Assembly (NCBI GenBank): GCA_045643545.1
Contig: JAZUKZ010000037.1
Span: forward strand, 2,497-66,496
DNA: 64,000 nt
Reading direction: 5' to 3'
From: Candidatus Aphodosoma sp.
Lineage (GTDB): Bacteria; Bacteroidota; Bacteroidia; Bacteroidales; Paludibacteraceae
Shown: positions 1-9,198 of the stretch, piece by piece
Numbering within the stretch: position 1 is the stretch's first letter
How the letters are laid out: each line of letters begins with the position of its first letter
Translations under genes and position numbers: made by a program
The notes under the pieces: model-generated
The model's input: the letters and a program-made list of their open reading frames with translations, nothing else
Told to the model about the DNA's origin: nothing
The model's database searches: none

Positions 1-774
1 CGCTTTGCCGAGCGCTCTCATTTGGGCAAAATCGTTGATTGGGTAGTTGATGAGTTTGACAATTACTTTCTCCGAGAAGATACTGTTGCCGAGAGAGTTT
101 ATATTCTTGACCTATCCAAAAACAGAGAGTGCCTGCTATATGACTTTTCAGTCCAACCTGGCGACTCTGTCGAGGTTTTCTTTCGTGGTGACCTTCTCGA
201 AGCATATTCTGAAAACCATAAAGAATTAGAAGAATTGATAGAAAACGATCCATACTTTGCCCAACTAGGAATCATTCTTACGCCATTAGTTGATTCAGCC
301 ACATACGCACGTATCCACATAACCAATATCACTACTGTAACCGACTCTTTGGGAAACTCTATTCGCAAATACGATTTTAGTACTGTTAGAGATGAAACTG
401 TGGGCGGGCGTGTCCTTAAAGGTTCGTATTATGAGCGTTATGGATGTCCTGGCGATTTTCTATTCGACTACAACTCATTCAAGAATGGTTTTTGTGGAGG
501 TTCGTTATGGTTAAGATGCGGATTGGATGATATGGGCATGGTAGGCTGGCACAGGTCTTTTACTTGTGACACTATTATCGGTTCAGATTGTTTTGCCGAA
601 GGCATAAAGAATGCCCAAACAGCCTCTCCTCAAGCCGAAGAAATAAAGACAGAAACTTTGCCAGAAGAGAATCCTTCTAATGAGGAAGAAACGCCAGTAG
701 AGAAGAAACCGTTCAAAAGCAAGAATCTGAAGAGATGTACTTTGGAATTGGAAAAGTATCATTCAAAGAAATAA
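1..774 (+). CDS. hypothetical protein, 5' end outside window; Glu/Pro/Lys-rich C-terminal tail
   Basis: Frame 1 is open from base 1 into track ORF 22..774; stop at 772-774; no family recognised by eye. Confidence 0.5.
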   Translation, partial: RFAERSHLGKIVDWVVDEFDNYFLREDTVAERVYILDLSKNRECLLYDFSVQPGDSVEVFFRGDLLEAYSENHKELEELIENDPYFAQLGIILTPLVDSATYARIHITNITTVTDSLGNSIRKYDFSTVRDETVGGRVLKGSYYERYGCPGDFLFDYNSFKNGFCGGSLWLRCGLDDMGMVGWHRSFTCDTIIGSDCFAEGIKNAQTASPQAEEIKTETLPEENPSNEEETPVEKKPFKSKNLKRCTLELEKYHSKK

Positions 775-863
775 GCATTTTCTTCGCCCGAATCGCTGCT
801 AATGGCAGTGTCTCTACCGAGAGGTTCATTGTGAAATAACCACACCATTCCATAAAACATCAA

Positions 864-900
864 GGCAGATATGCAAAACGCATATCTGCCTTGTTCATTT
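864..900 (+). terminator. rho-independent terminator after first CDS
   Basis: Perfect 11-bp stem GGCAGATATGC (864-874) / GCATATCTGCC (880-890), loop AAAAC, then T-rich TTGTTCATTT. Confidence 0.6.
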
Positions 901-953
901 ATGCTGAGGTAAATCTTCGCATCTTCTATCTTCCAGCCCCCCAAAAAACAAAA

Positions 954-1005
954 ACCGACCATAAAATTCCAAAAGTGGTCGGTTGGTCGGTTGGTCGGTG
1001 GTCGC
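954..1005. repeat. 8-mer TGGTCGGT tandem array (3.75 copies) with inverted partner ACCGACCA
   Basis: TGGTCGGT at 976-983, 984-991 and 992-999, then GGTCGC. ACCGACCA at 954-961 is complementary to any unit. On the minus strand the hairpin is followed by TTTTTGTTTTTT. Confidence 0.7.
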
Positions 1006-1053
1006 TAAAAAATGTTCCCCACCAAAATCACTCCCCAAAAAACACCCTGAATC

Positions 1054-1113
1054 AAATTTGAAGATTTTGACGGTAGAATTTGTCTGTTTGAAAAAAAAAC
1101 AGTAATTTTGCAG
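1054..1113 (+). repeat. 60-bp perfect direct repeat, copy 1 (upstream of fic)
   Basis: AAATTTGAAGATTTTGACGGTAGAATTTGTCTGTTTGAAAAAAAAACAGTAATTTTGCAG, identical base for base to 2506-2565. Confidence 0.95.
1079..1110 (+). promoter_or_regulatory. Bacteroidetes-type promoter inside repeat copy 1 (-33 TTTG, -7 TAatTTTG)
   Basis: TTTG at 1079-1082 and TAATTTTG at 1103-1110, 20 nt apart; matches the TTTG/TAnnTTTG consensus. Confidence 0.45.
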
Positions 1114-1268
1114 CGCAAAGTTTCTTCGTCCTTGCTCTGGCAAAGGGTTGAATTAGTTAATACTTTTTCTGGAGTTCGAAGGAAACGTACCATATTCTCC
1201 GCAAAAATGCGGAAAATAAATGGTTTATTCACCGCATAGGAGCAATAAACAGGACAATAATCCACATT

Positions 1269-2366
1269 ATGAAGGCAATATTTCTTTGGCAAAACGAGAA
1301 CTGGCCCCGGTTTACTTGGAATGCAGACAAACTGCTCGGCCTATTGGGCGAGGTGCGTGGCTTGCAAGGACAACTGTTAGGACGCATGTCTGCACTGGGC
1401 TTTGAAAGCGTACAACGTTATGTGGATGCTTTGACTGAGGAAATCATCGGCTCATCTCGTATTGAGGGCGTCGAACTGAGCAGAGACAGTGTGCGTAGTT
1501 CTGTGGCTCGGCATCTGGGCGTGACATTGGATAAGGAACACTTTCCTGACCACTATACTGATGGTGTGGTTAATGTGATGATGGAGGCAACACAGCATTA
1601 TGATGACCCTTTGACGGAGGAAAGATTATTTGGTTGGCATGCAGCTTTATTCCCAACTGGCTACAGCGATGGCTATAAAATTGATGTGGCTTGTTGGCGA
1701 ACCAGCAATGAACCTATGCAAGTGGTGTCTGGCCCAATGGGAATGCAAAAGGTGCACTACGAGGCTCCAGAAAGCACAATGGTCCCAGAATTGATGAGGC
1801 AGTTTATGCAGTGGGTAAACACTTCTGACGATGCCGATCCGCTGATTCGTGCTGCATTGGCTCACCTTTGGTTCGTGACAATACATCCTTTTGATGATGG
1901 CAATGGCCGTATCACACGTACCATCACGGAAATGATGTTGGCAAGAGCCGACCGTAGCGAACGTCGGTTCTATAGTATGTCAGCCGAAATCATGCGTAAT
2001 AGAAAAGGCTACTATGACGCCCTGGAACAAGCCCAAAAGGCTGATATGGATGTGACAGAGTGGTTGATGTGGTTCCTGACGACGCTACGGCAAGCACTCT
2101 CTGAGGGTATCGAAATAACCGACAGAACTCTCCGTAAGGCTGCTTTCTGGCAACGTATGCATGATGTGGCTGTCAGCGAGCGTCAGCGTAAGGTAATCAA
2201 TATGTTGTTGGATGGATTTGAAGGAAAACTGAGTACCAGTAAATGGGCGAAGATTAACCATTGTTCTCAGGATACTGCACTGCGCGACATAGAAGACCTG
2301 ATGAAAAAAAATATACTCCGTCGTGCTGAGGAAGGCGGACGTAGTACTAATTATGAATTGGTATAA
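1269..2366 (+). CDS. Fic family protein (AMPylase-type, DUF4172-like N-terminus, C-terminal wHTH-like region)
   Basis: Fic motif HPFDDGNGRITR; inhibitory-helix-like SSRIEG (S/TxxxEG/N) in the N-terminal half; ATG start; 365 aa. Confidence 0.9.
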   Translation: MKAIFLWQNENWPRFTWNADKLLGLLGEVRGLQGQLLGRMSALGFESVQRYVDALTEEIIGSSRIEGVELSRDSVRSSVARHLGVTLDKEHFPDHYTDGVVNVMMEATQHYDDPLTEERLFGWHAALFPTGYSDGYKIDVACWRTSNEPMQVVSGPMGMQKVHYEAPESTMVPELMRQFMQWVNTSDDADPLIRAALAHLWFVTIHPFDDGNGRITRTITEMMLARADRSERRFYSMSAEIMRNRKGYYDALEQAQKADMDVTEWLMWFLTTLRQALSEGIEITDRTLRKAAFWQRMHDVAVSERQRKVINMLLDGFEGKLSTSKWAKINHCSQDTALRDIEDLMKKNILRRAEEGGRSTNYELV

Positions 2367-2406
2367 TATCTCCAACTAAATATCTGAAATGTCATAAATA
2401 AATCTT

Positions 2407-2438
2407 CCCAGGCACTCAAATTTGTGTCTGGGATTTTT
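2407..2438 (+). terminator. rho-independent terminator after fic
   Basis: Stem CCCAGGCAC (2407-2415) / GTGTCTGGG (2424-2432) with one G-U pair, then ATTTTT. Confidence 0.55.
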
Positions 2439-2505
2439 AGTCCCGTGTTCTATTGTTCCACAGTCCCACTTGCTGTCCCCTGAAACTATGAAGTCTATTT
2501 TCTTT

Positions 2506-2565
2506 AAATTTGAAGATTTTGACGGTAGAATTTGTCTGTTTGAAAAAAAAACAGTAATTTTGCAG
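2506..2565 (+). repeat. 60-bp perfect direct repeat, copy 2 (upstream of rbfA)
   Basis: Identical to 1054-1113; flanking bases differ on both sides, so the repeat is exactly 60 bp. Confidence 0.95.
2531..2562 (+). promoter_or_regulatory. putative rbfA operon promoter (-33 TTTG, -7 TAatTTTG)
   Basis: Same motifs as 1079-1110, offset by 1452 nt; about 75 nt upstream of the rbfA ATG. Confidence 0.45.
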
Positions 2566-2637
2566 GCTGAATTTGTATGGTCTGTTTTGACTCATAAAAA
2601 CGGACACATTATTATTATATATTTTTAGAAGGCTATT

Positions 2638-2982
2638 ATGCAAGTTTCAAGACAAGAAAAGATAGCGAAGATGCTTCAGAAGGAGTTCGGGGATATTTTC
2701 GTGCTGTATGCCAGGAGAATAGGCAATGTGATAATTAGCGTGAGCGAGGTGAGGGTGACGAGCGACCTTAGTCTGGCTCGTGTCTATCTGAGCATTTTCC
2801 CTACCGAAAAGGGCAATGAAATTATTGAACAGGTGAACACCGACAACAAGAGTCTTAGATTCGAATTGGCACGGCGTTTGAGAAATAATCTGAGGGTTAT
2901 CCCTGAGTTTACGTTCTATAAAGACGAGACTGAGGAGAAACTGGCCCATATTGATGAACTTCTTGCAGAGACAAAAAATTGA
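2638..2982 (+). CDS. rbfA: ribosome-binding factor A
   Basis: 114 aa; SEVRVTSDLSLARVYLSIF segment typical of RbfA; ATG start. Confidence 0.9.
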   Translation: MQVSRQEKIAKMLQKEFGDIFVLYARRIGNVIISVSEVRVTSDLSLARVYLSIFPTEKGNEIIEQVNTDNKSLRFELARRLRNNLRVIPEFTFYKDETEEKLAHIDELLAETKN

Positions 2983-4175
2983 AATTTGAGTGGTACATAG
3001 CATTGAGGTATCTGTTTGCTAAAAAAAAGCATAACACGATTAACCTGATAACTTGGATCTCTATGACCGGTGTGGCTGTCGGCACTATGGCACTTATTTG
3101 CGTGCTGTCGGTGCTGAACGGTTTCGAGAGGGTGGTGGAGTCTTCTTTCTCTAATTTCGAGCCTGACCTGAAGGTGATGGCAAGTAGCGGAACAAGGATT
3201 GATGCTCAGGCAGAAGAATTGGTTGCCGCTCGCAAGGCATTCAAGGATATGACTATATGGTGCGAAGTGGTGGAGCAGGACGGTCTGGTCTGCACTGATG
3301 AGACTCAGGTGCCGGTGAAGGTGAAGGGTGTGGGTGCCAAATATGTGACTGTAACTAAATTTGATGATATAATCTGGGCTGGTTCGTCCGACTTTACTTC
3401 GGTGCCGTATGACGACCCGGTGGGGGTGATAGGAATAGGCCTTTCGCAGAAACTGAAATTGACAACTGATTTCATGGAGAGTACTACTCTCTATGTGCCT
3501 AAGAACAGGAAGGTGAATCTGTCAAGGCCAGATGCCAATTTCACAAGGCTGAACTTCAACTGCGGCGGAATTTTCTACTCTGAACAGACTGAGTATGACG
3601 ACCAGTATATTGTTATGCCGATTGATATCGTGAGGGATGCTTACAGGTTCGACGAGGATTATGTTAATGCCTACGAGATAAAGGTGGAGGGTAGTGTCGA
3701 GAAGTTGGAGAAGGAGTTGCAGGAGATGCTGGGTGATGACTATCAGGTGCTTAACCGTAGGGAACAGAAAGCGGATTTCTACAAAATCAGCAAGATTGAG
3801 AAGTGGACTACTTTCATGATTCTGAGTTTCATCATGCTTATCGCTACATTCAATATCATCGGTTCGCTGTCGATGATAATCATCGAGAAACGGCAAGATA
3901 TCGATTTGTTCGGTAACCTTGGGGCTACTGAGAAGAGCATCAAGAAAATATTCAGGGCAGAGGGTTTCCTGATTTCGGCTTTCGGCGCTGTGGCTGGAAT
4001 GGTGCTGGGAATAATTATCGTGCTTGTGCAGCAGCAGTTCGGAATCCTGAAACTTGGAACGGGTTTCATCACCAACGCTTATCCGGTCGAACTGCAGTTT
4101 GTGGATGTGTTGTTGGTAATGGTAGTGGTACTGGGAATGGGTGCCCTCGCAGCGAGAATAGCAAAGGCTAAATGA
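2979..4175 (+). CDS. FtsX-like ABC permease (LolC/LolE-type lipoprotein-releasing family)
   Basis: N-terminus MKFEWYIALRYLFAKKK, one N-terminal TM, large loop, three C-terminal TMs. TTG start overlaps the rbfA TGA (TTGA). Confidence 0.8.
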   Translation: MKFEWYIALRYLFAKKKHNTINLITWISMTGVAVGTMALICVLSVLNGFERVVESSFSNFEPDLKVMASSGTRIDAQAEELVAARKAFKDMTIWCEVVEQDGLVCTDETQVPVKVKGVGAKYVTVTKFDDIIWAGSSDFTSVPYDDPVGVIGIGLSQKLKLTTDFMESTTLYVPKNRKVNLSRPDANFTRLNFNCGGIFYSEQTEYDDQYIVMPIDIVRDAYRFDEDYVNAYEIKVEGSVEKLEKELQEMLGDDYQVLNRREQKADFYKISKIEKWTTFMILSFIMLIATFNIIGSLSMIIIEKRQDIDLFGNLGATEKSIKKIFRAEGFLISAFGAVAGMVLGIIIVLVQQQFGILKLGTGFITNAYPVELQFVDVLLVMVVVLGMGALAARIAKAK

Positions 4176-4191
4176 TGATTTTGACAAAGAT

Positions 4192-5334
4192 ATGAGGAAT
4201 ATAGTCAAGATATTTGTGATTCTGATGATGGCTGGACTTTGGTCTTGCAATAAGGAGACTAAGGTGCAGTCGGTAAGTCTGGACCAGGAGGAAATGGTCC
4301 TGGCTATAGGCGAGACTCGTCAGATTGAACTGACTATAGAACCTCTGTCGGCAGCGATATATAATCCAAAGCACTGGAAGTCGAGTGATGAGAATGTTGC
4401 GACTGTTGACCAGAAGGGCAATGTGACAGGCGTTTACGGCGGTACGTGCGTAATCACTGCTACTGTGGATGACAAAAAGGCAACTTGCGTTGTGAGAGTT
4501 GAGACTCCAACTTATGACCTCAATATGGACAAAGCGGTTGTGTTCAACAATGGTATAGATTCCGAAACCGGAAATTATGTGAAGATAGTGCGACTGTTTG
4601 AGGAGAGACTGGAAATTGATTCGGTGGGAAACGCAACCGGAAATGGGCTGATGCTTAGTCTGCATCTCTTCTCTCCAAGTACTCAGGAACCTCTGGTTGA
4701 GGGTGTCTATGAGTTGTCGGAGAGTGGTGCGGAGTTTACTGTAAAACCAGGAGAGATGATAGAGAGAGAGGGAGCAAGTTATGCAACTGGTTCTTTCTTG
4801 GGAGAATACTCTGATTATGGCTTCGGAGTGCTTTTCGTGAAGGAAGGGAAAATGACGGTGAGCAGGGATGGTGACGAATATAAGATAGAATGTGTGATGG
4901 ATGGGGCTATGGATGAGCATGTTGAGGTGAGTTGGACCGGAAAACCGGTGGTTTATAGGGCAGATACTACTTATGAGACTGAGATATTGAGATATAATAG
5001 GTTGACGGTATTTCCAGTCGAGATTGAGGGTGAGAATATGACTGGCCATGCTGAGATAGTTATGGAGTGTCAGACGGCGAGAGTGAGAGCGGTGGTGAGA
5101 GTTCCTAAAACTGCAGACGGTTTGCTTATGGATGGCGTCTATTCTATGAGTTCTGCTGAGAAGAACTTTACGGCAGTGGCTGGTGAGTGCTTCATCGGGA
5201 AGGAGGGCGAAAAGGTTGATTTAGTGAATGTTGCACTGACTGTGAAAGATGGCGTACTGAAAGGAAGTCTGGTTGACGGCCTTGGTCGGAGTTATTCGAT
5301 AGACAGTAAAGTCAAAAAAATTGCGAGAGGATAA
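4192..5334 (+). CDS. lipoprotein with bacterial Ig-like (Big_2-type) domain
   Basis: Signal peptide plus lipobox LWSC; Big_2-like segment VSLDQEEMVLAIGETRQIELT...DENVATVDQKGNVTGV. Confidence 0.65.
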   Translation: MRNIVKIFVILMMAGLWSCNKETKVQSVSLDQEEMVLAIGETRQIELTIEPLSAAIYNPKHWKSSDENVATVDQKGNVTGVYGGTCVITATVDDKKATCVVRVETPTYDLNMDKAVVFNNGIDSETGNYVKIVRLFEERLEIDSVGNATGNGLMLSLHLFSPSTQEPLVEGVYELSESGAEFTVKPGEMIEREGASYATGSFLGEYSDYGFGVLFVKEGKMTVSRDGDEYKIECVMDGAMDEHVEVSWTGKPVVYRADTTYETEILRYNRLTVFPVEIEGENMTGHAEIVMECQTARVRAVVRVPKTADGLLMDGVYSMSSAEKNFTAVAGECFIGKEGEKVDLVNVALTVKDGVLKGSLVDGLGRSYSIDSKVKKIARG

Positions 5335-5376
5335 AAATTTGTCGGGAAAAATGTTGTGAGAGTCGGAATAATTGAG

Positions 5377-5384
5377 TAAATTTG
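5377..5384 (+). promoter_or_regulatory. -7 box TAaaTTTG ahead of the RseC-rnf operon
   Basis: TAAATTTG lies 10 nt before the ATG at 5394, implying a very short leader. Confidence 0.45.
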
Positions 5385-5393
5385 CAGCCGATT

Positions 5394-5810
5394 ATGAACG
5401 CAGAAACTATAGAGCATACAGGAGAGATAATCGCTATCGGCGGGGGAATTGCCAAAGTCAGGATAATCCAGACTTCGGCTTGCGCGGCGTGTCATGCCAA
5501 AGGGGTCTGCACTGCATCAGACCAGACTGAAAAAGTGGTTGATGCAGAAATAGTTAGTGAGACACTGAAAGTGGGAGATAGTGTGAAGGTTGTGGGACAG
5601 AAGAATTTAGGCATTTACGCAGTGCTGTTGGCATACGTAGTGCCTTTTTTGTTGATAATAGTCACGATGATGGTGATGAATATGCTGACTGACAATGATT
5701 TGTTGGTTGGCTCTGTCTCGCTCGGAGTGCTTATCCCTTATTTGGTGGTTTTGAGACTTATGCGGAAGAAGTTGAAAGCGACTTTCCGCTTTTATGTGGT
5801 GGAAAAATAA
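5394..5810 (+). CDS. RseC/MucC-family (SoxR-reducing system) membrane protein
   Basis: CAACHAKGVC motif, two C-terminal TMs, position directly upstream of rnfB. ATG at 5394 preferred over the track TTG at 5382. Confidence 0.75.
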   Translation: MNAETIEHTGEIIAIGGGIAKVRIIQTSACAACHAKGVCTASDQTEKVVDAEIVSETLKVGDSVKVVGQKNLGIYAVLLAYVVPFLLIIVTMMVMNMLTDNDLLVGSVSLGVLIPYLVVLRLMRKKLKATFRFYVVEK

Positions 5811-5822
5811 CAATAAAGCATT

Positions 5823-6848
5823 ATGGATATAATTATTACATCGTTAGTGATTCTGGGTGCCATAGGATGCCTTTCGGCGGTAATCCTCTATTTCGTGGCA
5901 CGCAAATTTCATGTTGAAGAAGACACCAGGATTGAGCAGATCGTTGAGGTTCTGCCAGGTGCCAACTGTGGCGGCTGCGGTTTCGCAGGTTGCCATGGAT
6001 TTGCTGAGGCGTGTGTGAAAGGTACTTCGCTGGAAGACAAGCACTGCCCTGTAGGAGGTAAACCAGTGATGGAGAAAGTTGCTGGCATCCTCGGTATGGA
6101 GGCTGTAGAGACTGAACCAATGGTAGCAGTTGTGAGATGTAACGGTACTTGTGCTAACCGTCCTAAGAACAACACGTACGATGGTGCCAAGAGTTGTAAG
6201 ATAGCAGCAGGCCATTATGCTGGCGAAACAGGATGTGCGTACGGATGTCTCGGATTCGGAGATTGCGTGAGTGTCTGTTCAAACAGTGCCATCAGTGTCA
6301 ATCCTGAGACTGGCCTGGTGGAAGTGGACGAGGAGAAGTGCGGCGGTTGCGGCGCTTGTGCAAGGGCTTGTCCTCATCATGTGATTGAAATAAGAAAGAA
6401 GGGTCTGAAGGGCAGACGTGTCTATGTGGGTTGTGTCAACAAGGATAAAGGTGCTGTGGCCCGTAAGGCTTGCAAGGCTGCCTGCATCGGTTGCGGCAAG
6501 TGCGAGAAGATTTGTCCATTCGGAGCAATAAAAGTGGAGAACAATGTAGCATATATTGATTTCAATGTCTGCAAACTTTGCCGCAAGTGCGTGGTTGAGT
6601 GTCCTACAGGCGCAATCAAGGATGTGAACTTCCCAACTCCAGCAGTCAAGACTGCTCCAAAACCAGTAGAAAAACCTGCTGAACCAGAAAAACCAGTAGA
6701 GGTTGCGAAACCAGTGGAGGAAAAACCAATTGAAGTGGTAAAGCCAGTAGAGGAAAAACCAGTTGAAGTGGTGAAACCAGTGGAGGAACCTAAAAAGGAG
6801 GAGTCTCAGGACAAGACTCCAGAGGCAAGAGAGCAGAGTTTGTTTTGA
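5823..6848 (+). CDS. rnfB: Rnf electron-transport complex subunit B with repetitive C-terminal extension
   Basis: N-terminal TM, CGGCGFAGC cluster, several CxxCxxCxxxCP ferredoxin motifs; KPVE-rich tail. Confidence 0.9.
   Translation: MDIIITSLVILGAIGCLSAVILYFVARKFHVEEDTRIEQIVEVLPGANCGGCGFAGCHGFAEACVKGTSLEDKHCPVGGKPVMEKVAGILGMEAVETEPMVAVVRCNGTCANRPKNNTYDGAKSCKIAAGHYAGETGCAYGCLGFGDCVSVCSNSAISVNPETGLVEVDEEKCGGCGACARACPHHVIEIRKKGLKGRRVYVGCVNKDKGAVARKACKAACIGCGKCEKICPFGAIKVENNVAYIDFNVCKLCRKCVVECPTGAIKDVNFPTPAVKTAPKPVEKPAEPEKPVEVAKPVEEKPIEVVKPVEEKPVEVVKPVEEPKKEESQDKTPEAREQSLF
6708..6790 (+). repeat. in-frame 33-nt tandem repeat (2.5 copies) encoding KPVEEKP(I/V)EVV
   Basis: 6708-6740 and 6741-6773 differ at 4 positions (3 synonymous, 1 Ile/Val); partial third unit at 6774-6790. 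Confidence 0.85.
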
Positions 6849-6866
6849 AAATAAAAGATTCACGAT

Positions 6867-8201
6867 ATGAAAACATTTAGAATCGGAGGAGTACATCCAA
6901 ATGACTCGAAACTTTCAGCAGGTAAGGCTATTGAGACAATAGCACTGCCTGAGAAGGCTATCATACCTTTGAGTCAGCACATTGGAGCTCCAGCCACACC
7001 AGTTGTGGAGAAAGGCGACCACGTAGTTGTGGGACAGCTGATAGGACAAGGCACTGGATTCATGAGTGCCAATATTCACTCGCCATACAGCGGAACTGTT
7101 GAGAAAATAGACAATGCTCTGGATGCGTGGGGATTGCCATGCAAATCTATCTTCATCAATGTTGAGGGAGATGAATGGGATCCTGCAATCGACCGCAGCG
7201 ATGCTATCGAGCGTACTTGCAAACTCAGCGGAGAAGAGATAATCAAGAAAATTGGTGATGCCGGTATCGTGGGACTCGGTGGAGCATGTTTCCCAACTCA
7301 TGTAAAACTCAGCATCAAAGAGCCAGCAAAAGCAGAAGTGCTTATAATCAATGGTGTAGAGTGCGAACCATATCTTACTTGTGACCATCGACTGATGTTG
7401 GAGCATGGCGAGGAGTTGATGATCGGTATCACTCTCATCATGAAAGCAATCAAGGTCGAGAAGGCTATCATCGGCATTGAGTGCAACAAGATGGATGTTA
7501 TAGAGCATTTGCAGAATCTGGCTATCAGATATTTCGGAATTGAGGTTTGCCCATTGAAGATGCATTATCCACAGGGCGGCGAGAAGCAGTTGATTGATGC
7601 TACAATCGGTCGTCAGGTGCCAAGTGGAGCACTCCCAATCGCTGTGGGTGCTGTAGTTCAAAATGTCGCAACTTGTTTTGCCGTTTATGAGGCAGTTCAG
7701 AAGAACAAACCTCTGATTGAGCGCGTAGTGACAGTGACAGGCGACAATATGGCTAATCCTTGCAATCTGAGAGTGAGATTCGGAACTCCACTCAATATGC
7801 TTCTTGAGAAGGCAGGCGGACTGCCAGCAGAGGATTACAAGATTATCGCAGGCGGTCCTATGATGGGACGTGCTTTCAGCAATCTTGACTCTCCAACATC
7901 GAAGAGAACTTCCGGTCTGCTCGTAATGCCTGAGAGCAGAGCACGCCGTGGCGCAGAAGAGAACTGCATCCGTTGCGGCAAGTGCGTTGAGGCTTGCCCA
8001 ATGGGACTGGAGCCATATTTGCTGAGCACTCTGTCGGAACAGAAGATGTGGAACAGAATGGAGGAAGAGAGAGTAATGGACTGCATCGAGTGCGGTTGCT
8101 GCCTCTTCACATGTCCAGCCAACAGACCTTTGCTTGACTATGTCAGAATGGGCAAGCAGACTGTAGGCGGCATAATCAAAGCCCGTGCACAGAAAAAATA
8201 A
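6867..8201 (+). CDS. rnfC: Rnf complex subunit C
   Basis: 444 aa; two C-terminal 4Fe-4S motifs CIRCGKCVEACP and CIECGCCLFTCP; operon position. Confidence 0.9.
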   Translation: MKTFRIGGVHPNDSKLSAGKAIETIALPEKAIIPLSQHIGAPATPVVEKGDHVVVGQLIGQGTGFMSANIHSPYSGTVEKIDNALDAWGLPCKSIFINVEGDEWDPAIDRSDAIERTCKLSGEEIIKKIGDAGIVGLGGACFPTHVKLSIKEPAKAEVLIINGVECEPYLTCDHRLMLEHGEELMIGITLIMKAIKVEKAIIGIECNKMDVIEHLQNLAIRYFGIEVCPLKMHYPQGGEKQLIDATIGRQVPSGALPIAVGAVVQNVATCFAVYEAVQKNKPLIERVVTVTGDNMANPCNLRVRFGTPLNMLLEKAGGLPAEDYKIIAGGPMMGRAFSNLDSPTSKRTSGLLVMPESRARRGAEENCIRCGKCVEACPMGLEPYLLSTLSEQKMWNRMEEERVMDCIECGCCLFTCPANRPLLDYVRMGKQTVGGIIKARAQKK

Positions 8202-8232
8202 TTGAAGTCAAACAAAAGAAAGAGAAAATAAA

Positions 8233-9186
8233 ATGATAGTTTCACCATCACCACATATTCATAACAATGACAGCGTCCGCAAGGATATGCTGAATGTTGT
8301 GATAGCACTGATTCCAGCGTATTTGGTAGCGCTTTATTATTTTGGATTCGGTGCAATGTGTATCAGTTTGCTCGCAATAGGCTCATGTCTCTTGTGCGAG
8401 TGGCTCATACAGAAATTTCTTTTCAAGAAACCATGCTCATTAGGCAATATGTCAGCCTTGGTGACTGGCGTATTGTTGTCGTTCAACCTTCCATCAAATC
8501 TTGACTGGTGGATTGTGGTACTCGGAGCACTTGTGGCAATCGGAGTGGGCAAGATGACTTTCGGCGGTTTGGGCAACAATCCATTCAACCCTGCGCTGGT
8601 GGGACGTGTATTCCTTTTGGTTTCTTTCCCAGCACAGATGACTACTTGGCCAACTCCTCATCCAGAGAAATGGTTCAGTTATACAGATGTAGAGACTGGA
8701 GCAACTATCCTTTCAAGACTGAATGAGGGTATGGGAGTGAACACTGACTATCTTGAACTTTTGTTCGGTAGCATCGGAGGCTCGCTTGGTGAGGTTTCTG
8801 CTTTGGCACTTTTGATTGGTTTCGTTTATCTGCTTTGCACAAAGACCATCACATGGCATATCCCAGTATCAATTATTGCTACAGTATTCGTATTTACCGG
8901 AATCTATTTCGTAGCAGGCGGAGAGAATGCTGTTGACCCATTGGTTCACGTGCTCACTGGCGGTCTGCTTCTTGGTGCAATCTTTATGGCTACTGACTAT
9001 GTGACATCACCTATGACCAAGAAAGGTCAGTTGATTTATGGTGTCGGTATTGGCGTCATCACTTCGGTAATCCGTTTGTGGGGTTCTTACCCAGAGGGAA
9101 TGTCGTTTGCCATCCTGATTATGAATGCAGTGACACCACTTATCAACCATTATGTTAAACCAACCCGCTTCGGCGAGAAGAAGTAA
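8233..9186 (+). CDS. rnfD: Rnf complex subunit D
   Basis: Polytopic membrane protein with NqrB/RnfD-like SGATILS-type region (ETGATILS); operon position. Confidence 0.9.
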   Translation: MIVSPSPHIHNNDSVRKDMLNVVIALIPAYLVALYYFGFGAMCISLLAIGSCLLCEWLIQKFLFKKPCSLGNMSALVTGVLLSFNLPSNLDWWIVVLGALVAIGVGKMTFGGLGNNPFNPALVGRVFLLVSFPAQMTTWPTPHPEKWFSYTDVETGATILSRLNEGMGVNTDYLELLFGSIGGSLGEVSALALLIGFVYLLCTKTITWHIPVSIIATVFVFTGIYFVAGGENAVDPLVHVLTGGLLLGAIFMATDYVTSPMTKKGQLIYGVGIGVITSVIRLWGSYPEGMSFAILIMNAVTPLINHYVKPTRFGEKK

Positions 9187-9198
9187 GGAGGGCAAGTG

